DNA of 64,000 nucleotides. Source: Balanoglossus misakiensis. Its lineage: Eukaryota; Animalia; Hemichordata. The DNA lies in contig CM082584.2 of the NCBI GenBank assembly GCA_040954595.2, positions 5,274,110 through 5,338,109 on the forward strand. Reading direction: 5' to 3'. Shown here in pieces: positions 46,336 to 61,500 of the stretch. A model generated the notes under the pieces. The model ran no database searches, was not told the DNA's origin, and was given only the letters and a program-made list of their open reading frames with translations. The translations under genes and the position numbers were made by a program. The first letter of the stretch is position 1. Every line of letters starts with the position of its first letter.

Positions 46336-49300
46336 ATGGCCGAGGTGCTGCAGCCAAAATCGTACAATGGCAGCCAGTACAAATTCCAATCAACTCAGGA
46401 CGGTGCTTTTATCTTCAAAATTGAACAGCATCACAGCGAAGCGTTTCAGGTGATGAACGAACTGCGGTACAATAAGCATTTGTGCGACGTGACGATCAAA
46501 GTGGACACCAAAGAATTCTATGCACACAAAGTCGTTCTGGCGTCGTCGAGTCCCTATTTTAGAGCCATGTTTACGAGTGGTTACAGCGAGTGTCAGAAAA
46601 ACACGGTGGAACTCAAAGAAACTCGCCCGTGCGTCTTTGCGCTGCTGATAGACTTTGCGTACACGTCGACCATACTGGTCAACGAGTGGAACGTTCTCAA
46701 GCTGTTGACCACGGCCGTGATGTTCCAGATGACCCACGTGGTCAATGCGTGCTGTCAGTTCCTCGAACACCAGCTGGACCCCAGCAACTGCATCGGCATA
46801 TCGGAATTTGCCAAAGAATATTCGCTGACCGAACTCCACCAGAAGGCTATATGCTACATCTGCAAGAATTTCTGCGAAGTTTCCAAGACGGAGGAATTCA
46901 TGAACTTGAACTTGTTTCAGCTGGTCAAGTTAGCGAGTCAGGACTGCTTGGATGTGATGTGCGAGTCGGAAGTCTACGAGGCGTGTTTGCGTTGGATACG
47001 GCACGACGAGAAGAATCGTCGGCCATGTTTCGACAAACTTCTCGGGGGCGGAATCAGGTGCAGTCAGCTGACGCCGTGTTTTCTGAAGAAACAGCTGCAG
47101 GACTGCGACATCGTCAAATGCGAACCGAAGTGCAAGGACTACTTAGTCAAGATATTTCAGGATCTTACGCTGCACAAACGAATCGGCGAGAAGTGTCGAA
47201 ATCCCCCCTCCCGTTGTGTGGTGTACTCTGCTGGGGGTTACCTACGCCATTCTCTGAGCATCATGGAATGTTACTACCCGGAGTCCGATTCCTGGATACG
47301 ACTCGCCGATCTTCCGGAACCGCGGAGTGGACTGAGTGCCGTGACTGTGCTCGGCACCTTCTACGCCATTGGTGGACGGAATAACTCGCCAGATGGCAAT
47401 ATGGACTCGAATAGTGTGGATTCGTATGACGCAGTGACGAACACCTGGCAGTGCTTACAGCCAATGAATGTGCCCCGTAATAGAGTAGGGGTCGGTGTTA
47501 TCGATGGATTGCTTTATGCTGTTGGCGGATCTCAGGGATGCCTTCATCATAACACAGTGGAAAGGTAGGTTCAGATACATGTGCATGTAGTTCTAATTCT
47601 CTAAGAATATTCTGAATGTGTCATGGGCACCAATGTTTCTTGCTGACTATGTAACTTAGACTTAGAGATGTATACACTTTGGAATTTCAATACAGAAGTT
47701 TCATTTCCATGGAATTGTTACATTCTACAGCATAAGCATGATGACGATGAAAATTCACAATGGAGGAGTGTGGTTACTATTGATATTCAAGCCCCAATAG
47801 CTGCCACTTGTAGCATATTTTTAATCACTGAAATACTTCAATCTTCTTCTAATCCTTAGTAGACAAATATACTCATCAGTAAGCTTATTTAAATGGATAA
47901 TTCTAATTTTGAAAATAAAAGAATGCAAAAAATGGCAGTCATTGGGGCTTTAATAATCATAGTGAATCAAGGAAATGAAGTGGTTTTGAGATAGGATCCA
48001 ATATGGTGCAAAGGAGGGGTCCTATCAAAATCACCAGGACCAATGTCTCTTCACCATGACTTCCTGCAGTGTTTGGATCCTGCAGGGTTTCTAGTAGTGA
48101 ATGTGATGGACAATGACTTGTTAGTTCAAGTACGTCTGTGAATGCATGTTGTCATTATCTTTGGACTTTGCTGGTGGGATGTTACACGGTCCAACACCAG
48201 AACACAATGGAGGCATGACTAAGGTTTTTTGAAATCAAAGGTCATTGTTACAAGGAGTACCGTACCTGGAAATCACATCTTCAGACTAACACATTTTTGT
48301 AGTCAAGTAGATTCTATCCAGGTGGTAAGGTTTTTGTTTGACCACCCAGTTAGATTCTAGACCAAACTTAATTACTAGCTCTGAAAGGTTTTTGACTAAG
48401 ATTTTGCTTGCACAAATACAGATATTGCATCATTTAAAAAATTATCAAAAGCCCACAGAGTCATTGAAAAGAAATCTGATGCAAAGTTTCTAGTAGTGGC
48501 GTGATATTGAATGAATTTCAGCCAAAAATCCTACATCATTTTTGTAGTCTCTTTGTCTCAAAGTCATGACTATTGAGAGCAGCAAAAGGTACCAATATAC
48601 AGGTGTGGTTCTCGAACATGTTGGATTTCAGAAAGTAAACATGTTTATAGAAGGGGTTTGTTCACTCAATGCTACCGGTAGGTGAGAGTATTTGAAAGGG
48701 GTTGATCCCTGTCGTCATGGGACCTTCAAGAGACATGGAAATAAGCCAAGGAGCTGTTGATGCCAGTTATGTCTGTATTGACGACAAACACAAAACAGTT
48801 GACATCTCTAAGCACAATATAAATGTCATGTTTCTTGGGGACAGATTTTCAGAAAAAATGATAGTCCTCCAAACCTTTCAGTTCTTTGCTGTTTAAAATG
48901 TGTGAGGAGTCTTTTTGAAAACAAAGAAAACCGGGTGTTCACCATCTTGTTTTTATGAAATCACTAACTTTCTAAATTGTGTCCTTAGATTTAACACAGA
49001 AATTGGCAGCCATTTTGAATTTCACATTTGAGATGATTTTAGGCAATTTTGCTCTCTCATTTAAAATTTTACAAGGTGACCCCTAATTTTTGTTCTCAAT
49101 TATAACAGTAAATAATCTAAAGTTGGCTTGAATATTTAAAATATGAGAAAAAGTGTAAGACTTTGATTTTTTTGAGGCTCAGTCTTCTAATAATGCAATG
49201 AGATTCATCCATGCTATTTAATTTTGTCAAGACTATGTCTAGTGGCTGTGTTTCAATCAAACAGTGTCTTCTTTCAATGGGTAGGTTTAATGAAAATATA

Positions 49301-51239
49301 TTGTTTTTTAATTAAAATCATTGTAGGTACAATCCTCAACTAAACCAGTGGACATTCATATCCCCGATGCATACAAGACGAATTGGTGTTGGTTGTGCTG
49401 TTGTCAATCGTTTGTTATATGCTGTGGGCGGTTACGATGGTACTAACCGTCTCCGATGTGTGGAATGTTACTATCCTGAAACGGATGAATGGAAGTGTGT
49501 AGCAGCCATGAATACTACAAGGAGTGGAGCAGGTAATGTCTCTTGGCATGTTTTTGGGTAGTTGTGTATGAGTGACTGTTTTTGTAGTGTGCAAGATTTA
49601 TAGACAATACAATCCTGCCAGCAGAAACAATATGGGAATTTATAGAGTGTTCAATTGTCATACAAATGAAATTTAGCCATGAGTTGTTTGATTTCCTCAT
49701 GCAAGAGTAGAATGTAATATTGGTATAAACAACATACTGTATGTTAATTGACAGTTTTGTAGTAAATATTGGGCAAACAGCCAACTGGCACGACCAGTGA
49801 AATAAAACGTATAAAAATAATACCAGATGATTTACACACATCAACCATATTGGCACTATCTACCCTTTGCTATTCAGATTCAATTCAATTATGTTATTGT
49901 CAACAGTTAAAGATCCAAAGGTTTACATTTATGACAAGAGATGTATTATACAACTAAATGACAAATTGTGTAAAGAAACTGGCCACTTTTTTGCTAAAAT
50001 ACAGTCACCTATCTTTGCAACAGAATTTTGTCAACTTTCTAGCTATATCTCTGTTGAAAATATCAACGACAACCCAGGGATGAAGAAATCTTTTTTGACA
50101 AAAATAAAAGTGTAGCTCATATCAAGTAGCATTATCATTGTGTAAATGTGCCGTATTTTTCATTGCTGTAGTAATTTTCACAGCCAGCAAATTTTGGCTG
50201 ACAGCCATTTTAAGTGTCACATAGTTTCAACCTAGAATTGTTTGCTTCTCTGCTGCAGGTGTAGCCAGCATCGACAACTATGTGTACGCTGTGGGTGGCT
50301 ACGATGGAACCAGTCAATTGAGCAGCGTTGAACGTTATGATGTTGAAACCAATCAGTGGAAATATGTAGCCAACATGAATTCCAGACGCAGTGCCCTCAG
50401 CGTGGCTGTTTTAGGTGGCAAACTATATGCATTAGGTAAGAGAATGAATCTGCCTACAAAGGTTCCTTCAAGGGAGCTCGGTCTTTGATCTTTTCTCATG
50501 ATTTTACCATAGCACAATTGTGATCATAAAAAGCCAAGATGTTTAGTGTTGTCATAAGTACTGTAAAACAGGAAATTTTCGCGAACAATAAATTTTCACA
50601 AACTTCACAAGAGCCAAAAAAATGGGATAATAAATAGTCAAGAAGGAACAATCTGTACAATAAAATGTTTGAAGATAAAGAGAAAGCGAAAATTAATCGT
50701 CGCAGAATAGTCACCTCTGTTGATATCACGAAAATTTCCTGTCGCGTAAATTTCCCATTTTACAGTATCTCTGAACAATTTAACTTGCATGAATGTACCA
50801 ATAGCGAATCTGGTGACTGGAAATGTGGTATTTGAGTGATGGGTCTTGTATCATGTATGTACAACCCACAAATACTGGTTACAGTAATATGGTAAAACAT
50901 TATGCCCGGGATGTGTACTCAATAGTTTCTATGTATTGTGTATATAGTTGTCAAAAAACTAAACAGAGTTAAATTTCAGGAGCAATATTTTTAAATGCAA
51001 CACTTCCAGTACACAGTGAACATATTGCGCCTGTAAGATTTGCAATGGTTGTATTAATTATCCTGATCAAGGTTTTTCCATGGTATTTTTTTATAGGTGG
51101 GTACGACGGATCAGACTTCCTGGCCAGTGTTGAGGCGTACGACTCGGAGAAGGACACGTGGACGATTGTGACCCAGATGAGCACGGGACGCAGCGGTGCG
51201 GGCGTGGCCGTCGGAGTCGAGCCGTGTCTGAACAGGTGA
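46336..51239 (+). CDS. KEAP1: Kelch-like ECH-associated protein 1 (BTB-BACK/IVR-6xKelch), 4 coding exons, 584 aa
   Basis: Exons 46336-47564, 49327-49532, 50259-50435, 51097-51239 (1755 nt). Diagnostic KEAP1 strings: [73 protein letters not shown]. The acceptor of the first coding exon is at 46167. Confidence 0.95.
50559..50767 (+). mobile_element. MITE family A, copy 7
   Basis: TACTGTAAAACAGGAAATTT...AAATTTCCCATTTTACAGTA. Confidence 0.75.
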
Positions 51240-54042
51240 CAAAGACGATCCAAGACCCCTCCTCGAAGATCATCACGGCGCCAATCAAGATACTCGATGA
51301 TTTTCCAGTAAAAGACGGGTCTTAGAAAAATGCGATGAGCTTGTGTAACTCTGTTACTCTACCTGTACAAGGTTGATACAGGTTATCAAATATTTACTTG
51401 ATGTTGGATGGGACACATCATACTTTGGTGATACATCAACATTTTTAATTTCCCGATCAGCAGACAAGACAGCTGTACTGATTTGGCTGTCCGGTTTGAA
51501 ATTTTTTATCATCTCGTTTTATTTCATTTTTACCTAAGTTGTAGTCTTCAGCATTTGAGAAAAGTGAGATTCTTGGCCAACTGTGGCTTTTTATGTCCAA
51601 GATGGATCCTTACATAAAATGAAATGTACTGGGGTATATGTGTGACTTTTGATTGTTGTTTTTTTATTTCACCATATTTTTCAAATTACAAATTATGAGA
51701 GTATTACTAATAAGTGTATGTCACACTTATTGTCACAATTCAACATTCTGTTCTGTATATTAATATTTGCAGAGTGTCACACGTTCCATCAAGTATGTAT
51801 ATATCAGGTAATTTGTGAGGTTAATGACCGCTTTGTTCTTAATAACTTGATTTTTGCATACCACAAATCAGAGAATTTGATTTGAGTAATGCTATACTTG
51901 CCCTCGATAAAGACTGGTGAAATCTTTTTATCTTTTACATGATTCTAAATTGTAAATACAAAGCCTATCGGACTTCTTCATGGTCTGTTACGACAGATAC
52001 TGGTCTATACATAATTGTAGTCTGTCGGAATAGAGACTGGGCCAGTCACTTCTAAGGATTCCTTCTTTGCACCAAAATATCCAAGTTGGTATTCAACATG
52101 AATTTTGAAGTCATTGCCATATTATCAGGTGAATAATTTTGTAGACAGAAATACATACAGTGCCATTGCATGTATCCTGCCTGTGCAGTTGTTAAAGTCC
52201 TTGACCTTGGCCTCTGAAGATGAATAACTGCTAATTTGATTCATTATAATCCATCATTATTCTGATTAAGTCCTATCTGTCCAGCAGATGTTCGTGGTTT
52301 TCCACAATACAGATGAACCATGGTTATTTTACTTTTTTTAGGAGGATTGTGGGCAGTGTGTTTACCAAACAACACTCGTGTATGTGTGTCACCCTCTCAA
52401 AATTATGGTCCCAGGGTCCCCGTAATCCAAAGATGTTAGTTGTTTTTGCCAGTTATCCCCACTCTTATCAGTATCCTTGACTTGCACAACTTTACAGTAT
52501 TACATGCACCCGAAGTGTTGAAATGTCCATTTTTTCCCTTTTAATCCTCCAAGTTCAACACTCTCATTATTCTCGGACATCTAGGTTTTCTCCCAACTAG
52601 TTTCCGCTGTTATATACCTTAGATTAGGGAAATCCATCAGAAACAATTATTGAATTCCATGATGCATGGATTTCTCCTGAAGCAAAAATGGACAATTTCA
52701 GGATATGTTATGGTTTTCCTGTGCCAGTCCTATGCCATTACATGTTTGATTTTATGAAGTATAATCGGCATACATGGGTACATGATCACTGATTTGAATT
52801 TTCTAGATAAAAAATTAGGAATTCTGACTTTCACCTGAGAACTCTTCGTCTCAGAATTTAAACATTTACAATCTCTTGCCATTGATAGATAGTTTTATTA
52901 AGTATGTAGAGTAAGTTTAAGCCAATGATGACTGTAAACGCAGATGTTGGCCGAACTGGTCTTGATGTTAGCAACGAAGTAACCCCATTGACTAGCATTG
53001 TTGAAATTAAAGGAATGTGGTTTTTTATGAGATTATTGTGGAATACATTCATTCTATGTATGGTTAACTCAATAGAAAATGAAAGGCGCACATTTTCTTG
53101 TCATTTTAAATAAAAGTGAATTGCATAGATTTGAGAATTGAAAGACACTTTCCCCAATGAGGGGAAACTAAAAACAAAGTGTTTCTTTGGAATAAAGGAG
53201 CACTCTTGTTGCTTAGGTTCCAGTAAATGGGTTTTTGCCTTTTACAAATATGTGTCCATTGTGCAAACTGTGAGGGTAAACTTGATTGAGTTTTCAGAAA
53301 ACTTTGATTTACAATGACTCATCGGATTTCACTTTCTGAAGATCCCTTTGGCACTGTTATGAAGTGAGCTGGGACATGTTTTGTTCAAACATGTTTTATA
53401 TGCATCACCCTAGGATACTATCTCTCTCTCTGCAAATCTATCCACAAAATTGTAAAATCAAACATCAATTATTATAAACAACTTGCCATTGGTAGAAAGC
53501 CTGAATCCATTTTAGACTTGTCCATATTTACCAGTGGTGGTACAAGCATTCCTTTATCCTTGTAAGTAACAATTCTGTGAATTTAGTTTGCTAACTTAAC
53601 TCATACTGGAGTATGTGTAACAATTATGGAAATTGTCACCATGTATGTTAGAACATGCAAACTATTTCTTGTAAGGCTACTAGGCATCAGATTTGTCTAG
53701 AATTGCAAACACAATGTAGTCAAAGGGGTTCTATCGCAAAATCTCCGGTAGTAGTTTACAGATGTGATGTTTGAACAGGGTTGGTACGGGGTTGTTTGCT
53801 GAGAACAGATAATGGTGCATTGATCAATCAAAGAAATGAAATATACCTCCAGAATTTTCCGAGTTTTGAGAATGAACAACTTAAAAAACATTTTAATGTG
53901 AAAGTGATATCATTCTTAAACAGTGACCAGCTCTTCACATTAAAAGCGATAATTAGTCAAGAGAATTCTGTGCAGTGTAATTTCCTTTATACGTGATTCT
54001 GTGACCGTGTATGTGGACATGATTTATTTTTAATCTTCTGCG

Positions 54043-54053
54043 CAATAAAATAA
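54043..54053 (+). terminator. Candidate Keap1 polyadenylation signal
   Basis: Overlapping AATAAAATAAA followed by a U/GU-rich tract (about 54066-54100); this implies a 3' UTR of about 2.8 kb. Confidence 0.5.
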
Positions 54054-57000
54054 AATGTCTGATAACTTTTCTTTCTATTGAATGTGTGTTTGTGTATGCG
54101 TTTCATTTGAAGTGTAAATAGGCATTCTCTCACATATGAACTATTGCCAAAATCAGAAAATATCTTACTGATGATCTTGTTTAACTACTTCAGATTTACA
54201 GAACACATGCACTCTTACAACCACCGCAGTCTGGAAAATCAGTTGCTTTCATCAGTGCAAATATTGCCAAAAATATGCAAATTAGCTGGAACAATAATTT
54301 CTTTTGACTCACCAGTATCTGTTTTAACAGACACAGGGGGCGCCATACACAAGTTGTAGTCATTCAAAATGTTAAAAGATGACACGTGAGGGCGCCATTC
54401 TTTGGTCATTGCAAGTTCCAGTAGTGCATCTATTTGCATTTTAATACTCGCAGAATAAAATCTATTTCACTCTCTCATTGAGTCATTCTTAAATGCAAAT
54501 TGTGGTGATTGGGCTGTATAACACTTGACTAGCAAACATCCACTCTACGTTGTTAATAGTCACGGTATAAACAGCTATCTCCAATCCGCAATCTTCACTT
54601 CAAGAACATTCATGACTTGCAAGTTGCACAGCAGCCTTGCTAGGAATCTTTGTTGTAACTAATAATAATGACACACAATATATAATTAGACATAAACCAG
54701 CTATTTATTTATTTATACATATAGAATTATAGATAGTCATGTAAAAGTTTACTTATACAGGATGCAAACCAGAGAAAAAAAGTTGTCTTATTTCCCCATA
54801 TATAAGAACCTGTCTGTAGGATACTATTATAGTATACATCTACTATGTCACAGATGTGAAGAAATACACATTAAAACTACACTGTGAAGTACCATGGTGG
54901 TCTCAATAAATAAATGGCATCAAAAACAATGAAATTTGTGGCAAAATGCATTAATAAACTAACCGGTGTTACCATAACAACTGCAAGTTCTGTACAGCCA
55001 TTCATGATGTACAAGAACCCTGTTCCGAATGACAACACCTATCACATCTCGTCTTTCATTTTGAACAAAATAAGTATGTTGTAGTTTCAGTCACTTCATC
55101 ATTTCCACCAAAATTTTGCATTCAAAACAGCTATTAGCTCTTCTCTATAGCTCAAACCTCACAGTTGTCATGGTAACACACGAGTCGACACTTCTACATC
55201 AAGAATTTCATTGCCTCTTTGGTCTCAGAATTATGTCCTGTGCTGTAAGCGTTTCTTTGAGAAACCATTACATGGTTTGTTAATTCCTTTTGTCACCCTG
55301 TTCCCCCCATATTCCAGTGAATAGGACCCACTTTACCACAGAAAACAATGTGGTTGTACCAAAACATTGGTAGTGGAAGGGAATCGTCTGGCATGATATA
55401 GACCCATTTCATAGTTAACCCCAGTCTCTTTCTTATCACACTTAGTAACAGTACACTGTCGATTACTTTTACTGGAAATTGTTTTTAAGTTGTCAAGAAA
55501 ATCAGTTCTATTTTCACTTGACTTTTATGTAAAAATTATTTCCATTTTTGTCCAAATTTTCACATGATTTACTTTAGTGGACAAGTCTCCAGTAAAATTA
55601 ACTCAAAGCAAAAATTCAAGTATTTGACAGTTGGCTACAAAAAAATAGTGAAAACATTTTTTGGCTTCATGAAAGAACTTGTACAATACAGATGATAGTA
55701 ACATACCCTGTCACAAGATTTATATAACTACAAATTGTGGAGAAAAAATTAAAAGTCTCTATTAAATATTTTCTACACAGGTCTTTCAGCGTAACAATTC
55801 TGTCTTATTGGAGAATACATGTGAGAACCGTTGCAACTATTCCATTCTGTGAGTAATTCTGCTCTGAAGCTGTACCGTAGGGTACACTATTCTTTATTGC
55901 GAAGACAGTTACTTATTGCTTGACAAACACACGACCATTAAATCATGGATGCACAGTGAAGAACAAGGTTCTGTGTCTTGTAGGCAATATCAATGCCAAT
56001 GGTCTGCATTAGATAGAAATCTCACACCAATGATATCTGTTCACTGTCAGGAATCAAGGGACATATGCAAAATTTACGGCCAAAAGACCAAACAAACAAT
56101 TTTACCGTCAAATTTTCCGGTCATCATAATTTGATGAACCAATCGGAGCGGTCATGGTGCAAATTTCAAAATAACTAGAATCAAAGAATTGTTGCTTTCT
56201 GAGTTCTCTCATGTTGAAGTTTCTCACTTGACAAGCAATGTTGGAGCAATAATAGTTACCATCAAACGCAAAAACAACAGTGCCCATCAACTGAACGATG
56301 ATACATTGTAACCCGTGTGTGATTAGGCAGACTTGTACAGCTGATTCACGCACACATCAAATCGTGTGAGTACTCACAAGCAACAGATTTTTACGACTGC
56401 ACAACACAAAAATGATGATTTTTTTTTTTGCATTTGTAAAAGTGCGATAAGAATAATCAAATGAATTCATACTATTAACTGAATATGCACATGTAGAAAA
56501 TTGGGTAAAAGACAACTTAATATTTGGGGGTCTCTCGCAGCAAGGATGACTTTCGACCAGCCAGGTCAAAGGTCACTAACATGTTTACCTGCAGCAAAAA
56601 CACTGCCTTGACAGGATTTGGTCGTTACATCAAATGTTAACAAATATTTCAGTGTAAAATATTTATCAACCACACTTTGGTTCATTCAAATCTAACAGGC
56701 TCCCTACATCAATCTGATTATATATATATTTTTTCTTACTGGAAAAGTTAGAATTAAGTAGCAAAACAGACATACATAAGCAAGTAATATATTTTTTTTG
56801 TCTATTTCATATAGCCATAGGCATTGAATGCACAAAAATATAGTATTATAAGCACAAAGTCAACTTTAGGTTACAAAATATAACTATGACATCTCTCATA
56901 TATATCTTGCCTGTACTTTAGTTAAGACTATCGGTTACCATGACACTGTCGCCATGACAGTACACGTCACAACAGTAAAGCATTTTCATTAATCTCTTTC

Positions 57001-58595
57001 TTCACATTATATACTTTTTAACAGTTTCTTAAAAATAAAACAATTATTACAGAAAATACAAAAAACTTAGAATATATGTTTTTTTTTTACTTATTGCAAT
57101 AAAAAGACTGCATGCAAAGAATATTGAAAAAGAGGACAGAACAGAAAGACAGGAAGTAAAATCAATTAAAAACATTATTATATGATCGCGATCTTGTATT
57201 TTAAGAGATATTATGAAACAATCAGTTTAAATACAGAGATAATTGATGGCACTTCATAGATTCTTAATCAATCTTTTTGTAAAAGTTTCACAGATTGATT
57301 GTGTCGTATTCCAAACTCCATTTAAACACTGCTCTATATCAAAATCATCATCAAATTTCATAATATCATGTACAGGTAGTTGCAGTCTATTTCTCGTTTC
57401 ATCAACTGATCACTTCAAACTAACTTTGTTTTACAAGTGGCTTAGCCACTTTGACTCTAATTAACATATCATACTTGGCTAAAAAAAATTGGACAGTGTG
57501 TTTAACCTTATTATAACTTCCACGTGTATACACATTGCAATAAACATCATTACACTTTCATTTCAAAATTAAAGCTAGCTAGAATTAAAAACACACGGCC
57601 AATGACTGAGAAGCCAGCCCGCGCCTTACCTGCTAGTCTATTCAAATGAAATTGGACGAAATATATGAATCCCCAGGACGGATGGAGTTTTACAATTTGC
57701 ATATCAGTTTGTCCCTTAGCCCTTCTCAAAGTCCAACTACAATATGCAAACAACTTCCTACATTAAAAAAAACTGCATACAGAAATTATTCTACAACAGA
57801 CATTGATACAGCAGTTATCATCACTGTCCACATCAATAGTATATATCACTTTTCACTATTTTATTTTTTTTCAATTTGGCACAAGCATTTGAATGAATTC
57901 ACCACCTGGAACTAAACTAGGTATCAAGCAAAATGTCTGCATTATTGTGGCATGGTGTCACAATTTTTTATTTTTAAAGACCTGGACCAACTTGTTGATG
58001 ATTATTGCACAAACGTAAGAACTTGAGCACAGATCATCTGAAAAAAATGATGGGTGATCAGATTGTTGTCATGGATACCGAGTGTAAATCACCGGGAAAC
58101 AATTGCCTTGACTTGCCTACACCCCACTGCTATGAAAAGTCAAGTTACAAAAAGAGTAATAGAGTAATACTGCTTTTCTGAGTCAATAAATGGCAAACAA
58201 ACATATATCTTGTGTCACAGCTGCGAGAAAGCCAAAACGGAAAACAAGCAAAACACTTCGTCTCAAAATATTAAGTACTGCTCATACTTCATATAAAAAT
58301 TCTAAATTTATTCTGATATGCAAATAATAGCTTAATTTTGTCCGCAAGCATTTTAGAATCATTGTACATACTTTTCACATGATATCTTATATGTTATCAT
58401 ACTAAGTCATATCAAATATAATATCTAGCATTAAAATAATCTTATATATTAACTGCCCCAGCAGTTTCTTACAATTTTCACTTATCAATACTTATTATTA
58501 CAATCAATTAACATGTTAATTTGAGACAACACCCAAGTAGAATTCCAGCTATGATTGTCAGTCAGTATGGATGGCTTCAAAGTCGACCCACTGGA

Positions 58596-61500
58596 TCAGT
58601 CGGCATAGATGGCCGATAGTTGACTCGGACATCGATCCACCGCATTCAACTGTAACATCTCGTTATCCAAACGGCCGTAATCACTTGGTGTATTTGGTAA
58701 ATCACCTGTAACACACACAAAACAAAAAATAACTTAAAAATTCATCTGCATCACAGTAAAAATATTTCTTATGATTTCACAACTTTCAAACCAAAATTAG
58801 TTCACATCAATGTACTTTCTGAGGGGTGTCATGAATAAATAACACAAATAGTAAATGGATATGGCTGGTGATCTGAATTTTAATGCATAGCCCGGTCATC
58901 AACATCCATTGAGACTTTCTATGCTCTATTTTCTTTGTAATATGAAAGGTTTTTGAAAAAAGGAAATTTAAAATAAAATAAAAATTGTACATGTTATACC
59001 ATTTAATAGATCAAATTCAATGAATATCTGGAGAATTAGGAAGTACATTGAAACCTGTCATTATGAACTCCACTCTAATCAGGACACCTGTCTATTAAGG
59101 ACAGTTTTTCTGGTTCCAGCAATGATGTAACCTACCCCTGTCATTGAGTGAGTGAGCTGATAACGCTCTCTCTATGGTCACCGATCTGGCCGACAACACC
59201 CTCTCCATTTTCTCCAGCGTGTCGTACGGCACAGTGGGCGACAGCGTTTCTTCAAACGTGGGTATATTTGCAAAATGTCGTGGGCTGGGATGTCGCATGT
59301 GGTGATGAATCATGGTGTTGTTACAACGTTGGATTAGATGACGGTGTTGATGAGAGTCAATCGTCTGATAGATCCGCTGCTGATCTGGGCTGTTTTGATG
59401 ACCGGACTCGTCCATTGGTACAGGGGGCTGTGACATCACAAGACCTGCAGAGGGACCACGTGCAGAGAAAGAGTGAAATAAAAGATATGTTTCTGCCAAT
59501 TAAAGCTAAAGGGATTTCTTACTTTCTCTTTGAATACCAGTAGACCAACTGAGATTTCAGAGGTGTGATAACACACATGCACATTGTTTTCTCAAAGGAA
59601 GAAGGTCACAATATCTGATGCCATGATAATAAATACTTGCTCCAAACCAACATGATGCAACACTAAATGCAAAAGATTCTTTGACAAAAATTGTTATATT
59701 ACATGTAAGAAAACAGACAAATCTCTACCACTTGAAGTTTCAAAATATCTTAACTGCGAAAATGATGACACATAATAAACAATCTTTATTGCAGTTGTAA
59801 TCCGAAAAACATGAGCTGATGCAGCATAGTCGAACTTGCAGTGAAAATGCAAAATAAAATTGGCAGAACTGCAGGAGTGTGGCAAGTTAACTGTAAACAA
59901 GTTTCCCGCCCATTTTATTCTGACCGCTCGAAGTGGATGACTGCCCTCTAGAGTCGGACATGCGCTGAAGCCAAATGTCAAAACAGCAATATTGAAACCA
60001 TCTGCAAACAGATTATAAACTGTTTAACAAGCCCAGGGCTTTGACCTTTAAATACAAGCAACTTGTTTTCCTAACCATCTAATATGATATACCAAGGGCC
60101 AACACACCAGTGTAACTCTTAAATAACCTAAACCCACGAGAAAGCATTAAACTGGCCGACCTTAAAAATAACACACGATCAGTCTGTGACAAACAGGCTT
60201 CTACACAAGTCAATCGACAAAGTTTTCAGAGTGTGACAGGAAATAGGCATTCTTACACCATCTTGTACAAATGAAACATTTGACCCGAGAGGTCAAATAA
60301 TGTAAGGTTCTCCACCTATTTTTTTTTTCGTTCACATCGACGCGACCTGACATCCGATTGACCTTGATCTCAAACCCACATATACAGCCAACTGCAAGCA
60401 GATTTTAACTTTACAGTTGTACTCTCTGAAATTAAACAGATGTCTGCTTTCTACAAATCATTTCAGGGTCTGCCTCATAATTTTACGGGCAGAGCGAAAA
60501 CACTTGCACTGAATTTATAAAAGTTGTCAGGTTGTTCAATGTGGAATTTATCCAGTCTTTGTGGTTGTCTGTCTATTTCAAACCAGGCCCAATGTTTGTC
60601 CAGAAGTTGAAAGTAAATGTCAAACCAGTTATTTAACCAATCAAAATTTGGTAATTTATATATAACAATTCAAACCTATAACCATTCACAACTTTGGCAG
60701 TTGTCTATTCATTTGTGGAAATCATGGCAGATTAACTGTATCTTTTGAAATGTTGGTAGTTAGTTATCTAACCAAATTTTGGTAGTTTTCTAACCAAGCT
60801 TTGGTAGTTATCTAGCCAAATATTTTGTAATTACAGTTCAGTTCACACCAATGCTGGTTACCCATTGTTAGAATTGTGGTATTCTAGTCATACTTTTAAC
60901 TTTGGTATCTATCAATGCAAATCCATGGCAATAACTACATGTACTGCAAATGATTCAACGCAAGCAGCACCCATGATTAAACGGCACAAAAACATAACTT
61001 TGCTACTTTTGCTACGCACCAGGAAAAGTTAATGTAAAGTGTGTTTCAATAAAAAAAAAAGGTGCCACCACATGTCTTGGCAACACCCGTTTATTTTCGG
61101 GATGACAGGGCGTAGATGACAAACCCGAGTGACTAGTCTGGGGGAGGTGTGAAACAGCCTGTTAGACCAATGCGATGACTAGGTAAGAGGTGTGAGAAAT
61201 TCAAATGTTCGATATATAAAATCCATATGTGCTAAAATCATGACTCTAATTGGCTGAATTTACTTACATCTCAATATCAGAGTTGAAAAAATCTGTGATC
61301 AACCAGACTCAGGTACTTAGGTGTAAACCTGAGACTTGAACATCGCCAGATCGATTATGAAGACCATAATCATTAGAGGGGTCTATACAATTGGTATGCC
61401 CCACTATGGCCAATCACAGCTGAGAGTTGGTGAGCCTCGATTAGCGGTTTCCAAAATATTGTTTTGCCAAAATGACAACCACATCTTATGGTCCAAATTT

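Noticed and set aside
46590-47384. 264-aa alternative-frame ORF, and the antisense 149-aa ORF at 46390-46839, overlapping Keap1
   Set aside because: No recognisable motifs; expected by-products of the GC-rich codon usage of the large Keap1 exon.
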